In this document: piece after piece, positions 52,453 through 64,000 of the stretch
Layout: each line of letters starts with the position of its first letter
Numbering within the stretch: the first letter of the stretch is position 1
DNA from: Heteronotia binoei
Taxonomy: Eukaryota
Direction of reading: 5' to 3'
DNA length: 64,000 bases
NCBI RefSeq assembly: GCF_032191835.1
Contig: NC_083227.1
Span: forward strand, 113,150,001 to 113,214,000
Translations under genes and position numbers: made by a program
The notes under the pieces: model-generated
Told to the model about the DNA's origin: nothing
The model's input: only the letters and a program-made list of their open reading frames with translations
Databases searched by the model: none

Positions 52453-53124
52453 TATGATTCCATTCCAGTAGCAGCAGTGGCAGGTTAGGATGGGTATTTC
52501 ACTATATGTCCTAGGGGAGCTGATGACCCAGATTTCTACACACTGCCAAGCCCCACTGGCTCTTGGAGCTTCCCTGGCTTAGAGAGGGGAGTTACATCCC
52601 AAGAAGTTGCCCTGACTTCTAACACTGTGTACAATTGTAATGTATATAAACAATGATGAAAATGATTCTATTTTAATTGCTGCTACACATACAGACATTG
52701 AGAAAGACCTGTTTGCCAACTCTGGCCCTGTCCTGTCATTGCCATTCACAGGATCCAAGTTTCTTTTCTCAACAGCCAATCATGTACAGTCTTCAGAGAA
52801 ATGAAAGGAGAAGAGAGGATCCATACTCTGCTTTTAGCTGTGGGAGTCTTGTGTGAAGACAGCTGAAAATAGGAACTTTTGTGTGACTGGACTGAAGTTT
52901 CTTGTTCAGGACACATCTGAGCAGTGACACTCTGTATGCAAGTTTATCCATGGCCTTCTACTTCTACTAGGACAGAGGACTGCCCCATTAGATCGCCATC
53001 TCTTTCTCTAGTCTTTTTGTCTTTAATTTGCTTTATGCAGATATAGCTGAGCTGCCTCCTTTGCTTCTTTTTCATTCCATTCAGTCATACCCTAAAGGAT
53101 GTTGGCTTTTTTTCCTTTTCTTTG

Positions 53125-53318
53125 CCATCAAGTTGTAGCCAACTTGTGGCAACTCTGTAGGGTTTTCAAGGTGAAAAATATTCAGAAATGGTTTGACATT
53201 GCCTGCTTCTGCATAGTGACTCTGGATTTCCTTGGTGGTCTCTCATCCAAATACTAACCAAGGCCAACCCCGCTTAGCTTCCAAGGAGATTGAGCTAGCC
53301 CAGACTATCCAGGTGAGG
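53125..53318 (-). mobile_element. 5S rRNA-derived SINE (5S-Sauria-like); degraded relatives at ~28050-28215, ~36790-36950 and ~59830-60020
   Basis: ggtctctcatccaaatactaaccaaggccaaccccgcttagcttcc resembles the reverse complement of the 5S rRNA internal control region, joined to a Sauria-like tail. Confidence 0.6.
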
Positions 53319-53339
53319 GTAAAGGACATGCCTATTAAT

Positions 53340-53521
53340 CAGGGCTTTTTTTGTAGCAGGAACTCCTTTGCATATTAGGCCATATACCCCTGATGTAGCC
53401 AATCCTCCTAGAGTTTCCAGTAGGTCCTATACAAAGAGCCCTGTAAGCTCTTGGAGGATTGGCTACATCAGGAGGGTGTAGCCTAATTTGCAAAGGAGTT
53501 CCTGATACAAAAAAAGCCCTG
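53340..53521. mobile_element. Fully palindromic hAT MITE with perfect TSD ctattaat
   Basis: cagggctttttttgtagcaggaactcctttgcatattaggcc...ggctacatcagg...aaaaaagccctg; TSD on both sides. Confidence 0.88.
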
Positions 53522-55499
53522 CTATTAATTATATATAATATCACATTCCTTAGGATGTCTTTGTGGTATTTGTATAACCACTTTTCCTACATCACTGGAA
53601 GGATAGGCTCTATCATACTCAAGTGCCTCTTCTTCACGCTTCAGCAGTTATCTTCCCTTCTGTTTCTTCGCTGGTTTTCCTTCTTCCCAAACTAACTTTA
53701 TGCATTCATCCCTAAAACAAGGCCTCAGGTTTCCTTTCTCCCACTTTTGCCTCTGGGCCATGCTACACATCCATACAGAGTCATAACTCAAATAAATGTG
53801 TTTTCATACACTTCTTTAGTTCTAAATTCATTCTTCTTTCCTGGCTTATGATAACACACATAATGGGATAAAGAGTTTTTGGTGCAGTATGGGAACCCTT
53901 AGAAGCAAGTGCAATATAGTGGTTAGAGTGCTGGATTCATGTCTTCACTTTGCTAAGAAATTCGCAGAGTGTTATTAGACATCTCTCTTTCTCTGTCTGA
54001 CCTACTCCTAGGATTGTTGTGGAGATAAAGTGGGAGAGGAGAAGACTGTTGTATGCTTCTTTAGCTCCTTGCAAGAAGGGGAGGATTAAAATGCATTAAT
54101 AGAAAGCAGCCTGGTGAGAGAACACACTCAATTTAACAAGCAGTTCGGGTCCTGTGGGGAAAAGTCTGACACATAAAATTGTGGCAACATTAGAATAGGG
54201 TAGATGACAGAGAAAGGAATCCACAAGAAAAGAAAGTGATATAGAATATGCACTGAATGACAGTTTGCCACAGCATTAATACTTTCATAAACTCAATCTT
54301 GGGGGAAAGAGTTGTTTATGGTCTTTTCTTTCTCATAACATGAAAACAAATGGCCTTTAAGAGAAACCTAGTTAATTCCAACATTATTAAAGGAAACTCT
54401 CTTCCACATTCTTTCTAACTGATCTATGAACATCTCTGCCATAGGTTATATTTGGGGCTTAACCAAGATTTAAAGTTAAAATTGGACAGCTCTATAAATG
54501 GTGAGTAGAGCAAGAATAATTGGTGTTGCATTGCTAGAAGAATATAAATATTTCATACCCCAGGGCTAAGTTCCATCCTATTATGGGATAATGGGGGTTC
54601 TGCCTTTCTGAGGCACATCATCTCAGACTGTGCACCATACATTACTTCTGTACCTCCCTTTGAAACCCTAGAGGCTGTTATGGTCAGAGACAAGAGTCCA
54701 AACTAAAGTGACTGGCCTTATGCAGATAATATCTGTGCTAAGAAAAGAATCAGGGCTAGTAAATAGTTCCCTGCTATTAGAGACCTTCTGCCCTAACCAC
54801 AGGCGCCACTCTCATCATAACTAAAATCTGATTTTGTCATATAATTCACTGAAACTGGTATCTCCTTTTAAGATCTACATATATGAATATGGTATATGTA
54901 TTTGCAGGAGTAGGCCAAAGAACTGAGCATATCTGTGGTCTAATAAAGCAGAAAAGACAGATTCTAGATAGTGTTTACAAGTGAACAGGGTTATGACAAG
55001 CAGTGGAGCATGAAAGGCAGGTAAATGAATCAGGATCAAAACTAAGACAGTCCCTCCCATAAGTCATTCCAGGCATCACTTTCTTAATTGTTTGAATAGT
55101 ACCCATGCTATTAAAAAAATATATACAATTTGCACATCATTTTCCATGTGCCCAAGTACTGAATGCTAGTTTTACACTTTGCTGTTTCATCTCTCTATAC
55201 ATATTGTGCAGCTTTGGGCATTACGCAGTCCAAGAAGTTAAATAACTCACTTGTGCACACTCTTTTCAAAGCTTCTATGTAGCACCTAAAGCTGTCTGCA
55301 GTTTAGGGTCCAGAAGCATGGCATAGGCCAGGCATACACAAACTAAGTACAATAGTAAAGATCATGGAAGTTATAGGGGGGCAAGGTCCAAGTGGAATGA
55401 ATCACATGCAAGAGAATATAGTAAGTAAGCAACTAATTACACTACATTCAAGAGGCACATACAACATTGGATATGAAGGAATGTTCTTGCTCAGTGGTC

Positions 55500-56390
55500 A
55501 ACAGGATGTAAGAAGAGCCCTGTTCAATTAGACCAATGGTCCATCTTACTTAGCATCCTGTTTCTTACGATGACTGACCAACTCCCAGTAGGACAACAAG
55601 TAAGAGGACAGAGGCCAAAGCTTTTCCATTTTGTTGACCACCCAGCAATGATGTTCAGAGGTATATTAACTCTGAACATGGAGGTTCCATTTAACAACCA
55701 TTGAGAAAGTGATGCCTGGAATGTCTTATGGGAGGGACTGACCAATTTGGAAATTCCACCTTCATCCTTCAAAATATCCACCTCCAAGATTCTCAGAGGT
55801 TTGAACAGGCCAATTTTTTTTACTCCTCCCCTTTTAAAAACTGGCACTCAGCTGCTCTCCAGATCCCATGTGCCTGGAGCGGTTTCAGTCCTCATCAGAC
55901 CAGGTTTTTTTTCCAGGGGGGAGGGGAAATTAATTTTAAAAAGTCATTTTCTTCATACCTAGGGAGTCCCCTGAGTATGTAGAGACCTCCTACCTTGTCT
56001 GTGGGTGGCCCAGTTTTGCTGATTCATCATCCACAGCCTTATTATCTCCCAGGAATTTCCCTCATCCCTTTTAAAGACATTTTGCTAATGGCCATCATTG
56101 TATCCTGTGGCCATGTGTTCTGCAGATAAATTATACAATATATGAAGAAGTATTTTCTTTTTATTGGGTGTCCCCAAGGGAAAAGGAGAAAGGGAGACTC
56201 TCTCTCTCCATTACATATAATTTGATAAACATTGATCATGAATTTAAAAAAACCCTTTAGGGAAAGAGTTTCAACATTCCAGTTACCCTTTCCTACACCT
56301 TTTCCAGCTCTATATTCTTTCTGAGGTGGGCGACCAGAACAGTATTCCAAATGCAACTGCACCACAGATCTATACAAGAGCACAAACTTC
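55500..56390 (-). mobile_element. Old degraded CR1 fragments
   Basis: LLYRSVVQLHLEYC (56042-56383) and a CR1-like tail (aagagccctg...gaccaatggtccatc) at ~55510. Confidence 0.55.
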
Positions 56391-58954
56391 CTGTCACCAA
56401 AGGTTGAAAACTATATACCTGAATGGCACAATACTTGGATCACAAAACTCTTGATCTCTCTCCTGAGAAAGTGAACCTTTTAAAACAAAAAAGTCTATAG
56501 GTTTCAGGGCATGTAAAAATACTGCAGCCAGCACAACTTTGGGTTCCACTCCCTTTTCACCCACGTATTAGTGTAAGTTCTTTAAAGTAGTAATCTGCCA
56601 GTGTACCCATAAGCCTGGGTTTCTAAAGTCTCGGAGGCAGAGCCTGAGATGATGAGTTAACGGTGGGCCATCTAATACTTGTATCCAAAGGCCACTTCAG
56701 ACTATATGCTTTCCCAGCACAGAAACACTTCTATGTAGGAATAAGCACAATATCTGCATATTATGTACAATAACTTCACCCTTCTATATTTTGCTGCATT
56801 TATATACAGCATTTATAAACATTGGGTAGTCATGCCAATATCAACTCCCCATGATGCTCTCATTGCACATACATGCACGGGAGAACCGCACACTCTTGGC
56901 ACCACAAAGATCCTCTGGCTTTCAGGATTTCAGTGGCATGGGTGAATCAGAGTCTCTAAATTAAAGCATGTTTTTCCCAGGAACTTTTAAAAGGAAGTAG
57001 CCTGGCAGCTTAAGAGTTCTTTTGTGTGGCCCTTCAAAGCTTCTCACTCCCATGGTCATTAGTAATAACCCATGTCTGCTGAATAATAAACCAAGATTCT
57101 CAAAATCTCCGTCACAATGCAGGCTTCTCTGGTATCTCAATCAAAAGCCCAAGGAAGGTCATTAGCCCATCTCCTGGCCATTGTCAGTAAGTCCAAATAA
57201 TGCTGGCCACCCAGGCTAGTTCCATCATCTGCAACTGGACACATCTTCATTACATCACCTAGGTACTCCTCTCTGGTAACTCTGTTACAACAGAATGTTT
57301 GAACTGTCTATATGACAACTCATACCCTGATTCTTGATCCAATGGGGTCTTGGATTCTAAAGCTGCACGACATTATAGTGCAACACACCAGTGGGCAGCA
57401 GGATCCTGCACTTTTTCCCCAATGTCATTGCAGATCCTAGTTCTGCACCAAATGTAGCCAATAGCAGTGTTTCTCCTATCTTTGTCTAGGTTAATCCAAG
57501 CACATACGAAAGGCATGCAAATCCCTCTATTTTTGTAGCTGGTTCTGCTGCTGCTCGTATCACAGAACTAATGGTAGTTGGTTCTGTTCCTGAACTTTCA
57601 TCCATCACCACGAGTATGAAATCACTGGACTTCTTCAAAGCAGGCAGAGTATGTTTTTTGTTCTCCTATTCTGCTTCCCTTCCCAAATTTGACCCTCCAC
57701 ATTCTCCTACCATCTCTCATCCCTTAGCTTTTCCATTTGCCATTGTCCGCCAGTCTGTCCTACTGTCAGCCAGCTTTTCTGTAGCATCCTCCCACTAACT
57801 GTTCTTCCTGTCTCATCTGGAAATCCTTCCCTATTTATTCCACTGCAACGTTTAGTCCCTCTTTGAGCAACTCACCACCTATCTCTTCTCTTTGCACTGC
57901 TTTTTCTGGACTAGCCAAGTGGGAGAACACAATCTGGTTTAAACGCCATTTAGCTTAAAGTAATACAACTGAACACTAGGACTGTGCAAAAGTAGATATC
58001 GTCATAGTATTGTTACATTACCATTGTATTGTTGCTACTGAACAGCTCAGTCTTGCTGCACTATTAATATTATTAATTATTATTATTAATAGTGCACTAC
58101 TGCTCCCCCACTTTCTATTCTGTATCTTAGCAGAGTAATAAAGTTACTTGCTAGATAAACATCTGTCTCCCTTCCTTCTTTTCTTCCCTGGGAGATTTAT
58201 TGCATTAGGCTGGGAACTGTGTACACAATGATTCCTTTTCACCACAGGACTTATGTTCTAGTTCTTCATGTGTAGGGGACACTCTTCACATGATAGCCCT
58301 GAAAAAGCAGACAGAAGGAAATAGCTACTGTTTCCTGTATCGTTCTCATTCTAAAAATAGCAATTTTACAGGAAGCAGCTTGTGACACCCCCAGGCAAGT
58401 AGGGCTGACTATGTTCAGAGCATCCAAGGTCAGAAGCAAACCCCAGACATTCCTTTGAGTATGAGTATTCTCAGACTTGGCTCCACACTGATCAGTTCCC
58501 TTTCAGAAAGAGAAGACACACATTTAAACAACTATTCAAACACTTGACAGAGGTTTCACAGACACCCAAATCCATTCATAATGGTGCTTGTGTGCACATG
58601 TCCTCCTGACCCCAATAGCCCTGACTGTCCTGAAAACTCCCTTCAGAACGAAAAAGACACCACATACGCCAGATACTTGTCCTTAATTGTAACACAACTG
58701 TCATAAAAACATCATTTTCTACAACCAGAATTCTACAGCTTTGCTTTTTTGACCTATACCATTCAGAATTTCAGGATGAAGAAGACTAAGATGGTGTATA
58801 ATGTATATAACTTCAGGTATACACATCTACGTGGCTAATTAAAAAAAAACCTACAGAAGAGGAAAATGCTGCTTTGAAACCCCACAGAATTCTGTAAAAG
58901 CCAAAAAGTCTTTGGGGTCATAACATATGAAACTGCATTATACTGAAAAGATCA

Positions 58955-59084
58955 AAAGTCTAGTAGCACCTCAAAGACTAACAACATTTGTGGCAGTTAT
59001 GGGCTTTCGTGAGTCACTGCAAGCAGTGACAGCTCATACCCTGCCACAAATTTTCTTAGTCTTTAAGATGTTGCTGAACTCTTG
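58955..59084. repeat. Palindromic Penelope-like terminal remnant
   Basis: agtctagtagcacctcaaagactaacaacatttgtggcag...gtcactgc versus gcagtgac...ctgccacaaattttcttagtctttaagatgttgctgaact. Confidence 0.55.
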
Positions 59085-62000
59085 CTCTCTTTTCTGCTGC
59101 TATAGACAGACTAACACAGCTATCCATCTTGCATTATACTGAGTCAGTCAGATCACAGGCTTTTATAGCCAAGTATTGTATAGTCTATTCTGACTGACAG
59201 TCACCCTCCAAGATCTTGTAGAGGATCCTGAGATCTTTTCTGATTGCAGATGCCAGGAACTGAACATGGAACCATCTTCATGCAAGATATTTATTCTACT
59301 ACTATTGACTTATGCTCCATCCTCCGATGTTATGCTTACAGAATATCACACAGAATCTAATGCTTCTGAGTTTCTAAAAAAGCAAAGCTTTTCTTTTAAA
59401 ATAATGTTTTGAGAATGTAGAGACAGATTTGAAGGAGTAGAAGCAATAAGTGCCAGCAACCCAGGGGATGAGTAAGTATGGAGCTTGTGTGTAATGCATG
59501 ACCTTTAGTTATGTTCTTTTCGGCCATCCATATTTTGCAGTCCTTCACCAAAGACATTTTAAATACTGCAAGAAACCAGATCTCAGATAAAGCACACAAA
59601 CTATACAATTTCTCCCTAAATTAAGATGTTTTCATGTAATTGATTAGTAGAATATATTCTTGACTATCAATACCATGCTTATGATCCAGGCTCAGGGTGA
59701 CACAGCCTAATCCCTGCCATTATATCCACTTTGGAGATAAAAAGGAAAACAGTAAAATATCAATTCATTGCTAAAATGCCTATAGCACAGCACATCAAAA
59801 CCATTCTTACAGGGGGGAAATGTCAATCCCCTTAATGAGTGCGTAAAGTGCCATCAAACTGCAGCTGAGATATGGTGACTCCAGCAAGGAGTTTTCAAGA
59901 TAAATGAGAAATAAAGATGGTTTGCCATTGGCTTCCTCTACAGAGTCTTCTCAAGAACCAACCTTGCTTTAGCTTCCAAAATCTGAAAAGATCAAACTAT
60001 ACCATGCTGCCTTCCCTCTCTTCTGTCTGTAACTTACTTGCTGTTATAATACATCAGATCATATGACAAGGCCAAAGCAAATGGATGTGTCTTGGTTTCT
60101 CCGATAATTTCTTGTGGAAGCAGAAAGGCAATCTCCTAAAACCCACACACACTCAAGCATTATGAAGCTCTTATTTGAGTTTATAGCCCTACAAACTTAG
60201 CTTGGGATTATCTTGCCAAGACTAAGTATCAAATAAACCTTCAGCCTCTGTTGTTCCACGAATATTCTAGAGCCATTTTTGTAAATACATACCAAATAGA
60301 AACGGGCTGAGATTAAGGAAATACCTTGACATGAGCCATCCAAAAGGTGTGCGATTTATGGTAATGAAACAAATGTTTTTTCTGAACCTAAGCCAATTTC
60401 ATTTCTGCTCTGGGTTATAGTACTAAGAATTTGCTTGCAACACTGCTTGATGATCTGATTAATCGGTATATTTGGGGCTGGGAATTTCCCCCCAGTGATC
60501 AGTGAGCCTGATGCTTTGATGTTCCCTTGCAGTGTGGGGCTTGGCTTGCAGTATGAATCATCTCAATCTATTTTTGCAGTGCACCCACTCTTTGCTTCAG
60601 GCGCAATGTGGCCTGGCTGTATAGACTGATCTAAGGGGTGGGGCTAGAGGTATGTTTACAAGGGGTAGGCGTATGTTTACTGGTGGACAGATGTTCTTTG
60701 CCGCACTACATGACCTTGCTGTTCCCTCCAGCCCAATGTATCAATACCATTGATAATAAGAAATTTAGACTAGTTTGTGGCAACATACTTATTGGACTAT
60801 TGGTACAAGCCAACGGAACCCAAGGGGGTGTGGTAGATGCCTATCACCTGTTCTGGATTTTTCTTATGGAATTCTTTAGGGCTTCATCTTGTCTCTTCAA
60901 CCACATATGTGGCTTGTTGAGTGAAGATGTGAAAACAGGTGTCTTCAGTGCACTGATAATACTCAGCTCAATTTCTTTTCCAGGTCCTATTGTCTGGAAC
61001 AAGTTAATAGAAGCAGAATCCAGACAACACAAAGAATAATTGTCAGACAGAGCAGACACCTGCCAAAGATGGAAGTTCTCCCTTTGCAGATTACTAGTGT
61101 GCACAGCCTTGGCATGCTTCTGAATCCATTGTGGCACCTAAGCAGTAGCTAAATTTCCACCCCCCCCCAAAAAAATCCATTTGAACAGAAAGATGCCATA
61201 CTTTCACTTCTTTTCAGACAGGCCAATCACCATTCATATCTTCGTCACTTCCTGTCTAACTACTGTACTGCACTTCATGTAGGGGGGCTACCTTTGAAGA
61301 CTACATAGAGACTACAGCAGGTATGAAATGGAATGGGTTATCCCAGACATGGTGGGCAAGCAATGGAGCCACTTTCACAAGTGTTGCACAAGTTTATATC
61401 ACTTACTGTGATACAATTAGCATTAATGATTTTCAGCTATACAATCCTAAATGATGTTAATGGCACTTTGTTCCTCGTGTTCCATCATGAGCCCTACAAC
61501 TGACAAAAATTATCTTGCATTCATATATCACTAAGGATACAAATGAAACCACTCTTTGCAGATGGTAACAGAGGGTGTGAAATTCATTTTCTCAGAAGGT
61601 TTATCAGACCCTTGGCTGGATGTATTCTGAATGAGTCAAAGTTAGGCTTTTAAGATTAAAAAACTGGCTAGTATTTAGTGGCTGACATTAAGTAAGCAAG
61701 AAGCTCACCGTATTCTACAATATTTATATTTTAAAAATGCATTGTTACTGATCCTGAGCCTCTGGGATAGAGCAGGATATGAGCTAAAATAAAAAGGGAG
61801 ATGTGCAGCGTCCCAGATGAGCAAGTCAGGATGTACGCTTACCTTGTTACTTATGAAGCACAAAAGTAAAACCTGTAACGACAAGTTTTGAAGGGGATCA
61901 CACACAAAAAATGAGGCCAGGAATCCAAGCTAATCATCGGTTAATGTGAGACACTACTGTGTGATTAAGTGCAAAGAGCTCTTCTGGGGGAGAACAAAAA

Positions 62001-63099
62001 ATTGTCCTAGGATTTTTCACACTCTTTAAGGGTAGTCTCTTTTAACAAGAAGACTAAGAGCATACAAGAAAGAGAGCAGACTCAAGTGTTTGCTTTATTC
62101 TAGTGAACCATCCTGATGCTTCATGGTTGTGTAACAGGAGCCTATGGGTAGAATTCACTGTCCTGTGTCATGAAAGAGGCCATATGGAATAAAATGGCAC
62201 TCGTCATGGTTCCTTGTGAATAACAAAGACCACAGGAAAAAGTGGAAGAAGCGGAGGAAGGCATTACATACACAGCCAGCATACACACAGCAGAAGATTC
62301 CAGATTAATTTAGTAAGAATAACAACAGCCGCACCTCAGTTCCATGCAGACAGCTGCCTTATTTATTTATTTAATTAATTCAATTTTTAGCCTGCCCTTC
62401 CTGTAGAACAGGCTAAAGTGGATTCTGGTTTGCAAACTGCACATAACATTTTTTTTTTTTTTAGTTTATCCCCTTACCATTTTTAACCATTTTGATTTAA
62501 AGTCCGAAAGAGTTAAAGGGACTATAAAGGTATCCTTAATTCACACTAATGATTTTGGTTCCCCCCTCTGTTGAAACCATACTCCACTAAAGCAGCTTTC
62601 AACTGGGGTGGGGGAACAACTCCTAGATCATATTTTTTTCACACTCATGTGATATCAATAAGGAAATCTGTTTAACCCTAAAGGTGTGGCAAACTCATTC
62701 ACTGGGGGTAAATTATCAGGGTGTTTGACAGCAAGAGAATATGTAATGCCACTAGCTCAGTTTCTTACTTGATAAACCCAAAGGGGAAAAAGAGAGAGCG
62801 CGCAGGCAGGCAAACACACACATAAAAACTATGTGTTCCGGTTTATCCAGATCTACAACTAATTAGAAAACTATCCCTGAATGAATGTCACAATATTAAG
62901 TTCTCTAGGAGGCAACCTCTGCATGAATTGAAGTTCTCCAGCAAATCGGTTACCATTTCATATGCCAAATCTTTTTATTGCGTAGACCCTTTACTACGCA
63001 GTTTCAATAAAGGATCCCCTTCATAAGGAAAAAAAAAGTCTTCTCCCAACCCAGCCTCATAATTTAAATCTGACTCTTGGTTCTCTCTTGCTCTTAGAT

Positions 63100-63850
63100 A
63101 CTTAACTTCTGCTGGGTTGAAAGTCTGCTAACTAGCCGACTTCTTCGCCATCTCAAGACGCGACGGCGCGCCTTCGCCCGATCGCCTAAAGCTGCACTGC
63201 TACCAGGTATGTCTCCTTCACTAGTAGAGCAAACCTTGATTTCGAGATTTTCCTCCCAACAATATATATCATCCGTCACTCTATGCTAGTCCGGGACCGT
63301 AGAGAACCCCACTCAGCCCATCCCGGGCCACCGCGCTGCTTGGGGCAGCGTTTGGAGACGAGCCAGAAACCACGTGCGAAAAATAAGGGGACTCAGTCGA
63401 CTCTGGCGCAGGGTTTGGGAAAGGGGAAAAGAAATGCTGGTGCCTGAAAAGAGCCGGGAACAAAAAACTACCCAGCCGGCTGGATAGATCCCAACAGAAG
63501 TAGGACCCAACAACGCTTCCTAGAGGAGTGAGTCAGTCCCAGTTTTGACTCACCATGTTTGCTGCTTACAGCCCCGATCTCCAGACAGACCAGATTAGAT
63601 TCAGCTCTTCTCTTGCCGCCTGCAGCCCCTGAGTAAAGCTTTCCTTCCCTCGCTGAGATTTGAACACCCCAGTGCAGTGCACGGAGCCCGAGAGTCCCTG
63701 GCTGCGCCGCTGGGGAGGAGACAAAATCCGGTCTGGATGTGTTCGGCATCTGCGCCAACCCACGTCTTAAGAAAAGGCCGTGCCTCTGTGCTCAGGATAT
63801 CAGTAAAGCACGGCCTGGAGTTTGTGTTCTCTCAGACCAATCGTCGGAGC
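63100..63850 (-). promoter_or_regulatory. N4BP3: CpG island, probable N4BP3 promoter and first exon (donor ATG|gtgagt at 63554/63553)
   Basis: Sharp CpG enrichment after ~17 kb of CpG-poor DNA. E-box CACGTG near 63371. Consensus minus-strand donor. The first coding exon has an acceptor at 45796, only 30 nt above its ATG, so an upstream exon is required. Confidence 0.6.
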
Positions 63851-64000
63851 CAAGGTCGAGAGAGCAGGGAAGGCTGCACCCTATCAGTTTATTTCACTAT
63901 CCGTTTACCCTGGATGTAGCCCCACTTTCTCAAGTGAGACTAGAGCAGTCAACCAAATTGTCCCCTGGGAGCAAGAAATATTACAGTCCCTGGACAGATG

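Noticed and set aside
53236-53300. 5S rRNA gene
   Set aside because: Partial, diverged and fused to a SINE tail; it is a 5S-derived repeat.
62948-62956. Second ATG|gtaacc donor as an alternative N4BP3 exon end
   Set aside because: Weaker donor, no clear acceptor or exon start, outside the core CpG island; may be chance.

Overview
Vertebrate genomic DNA from a squamate reptile. The repeat content (Squam3-like, Sauria and 5S-derived SINEs; CR1, L2, L1 and Penelope-like elements; hAT MITEs) suggests a gecko, which is inference. Four spliced protein-coding genes were reconstructed exon by exon, all with GT-AG junctions in consistent phase: BRD8 (minus, coding exons 1-7, continuing beyond the left edge), NHP2 (plus, complete, 150 aa), RMND5B (minus, complete, 391 aa) and N4BP3 (minus, complete, 589 aa, probable first exon in a CpG island near 63.5 kb). 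BRD8 and NHP2 are head-to-head with 247 bp between their start codons. NHP2 and RMND5B are tail-to-tail. Most long ORFs in the supplied track are LINE fragments or spurious. There is no prokaryote-type system and no CRISPR array. The best second-look items are: a splice-created uORF plus an internal strong-Kozak MGSVGS start in N4BP3; a candidate poison exon whose donor lies in a hairpin; a ~300-nt fold-back in the RMND5B 3' region; the BRD8/NHP2 promoter pairing, which differs from human; and deeply nested transposon stacks. All coordinates were read by hand, and repeat boundaries are approximate.
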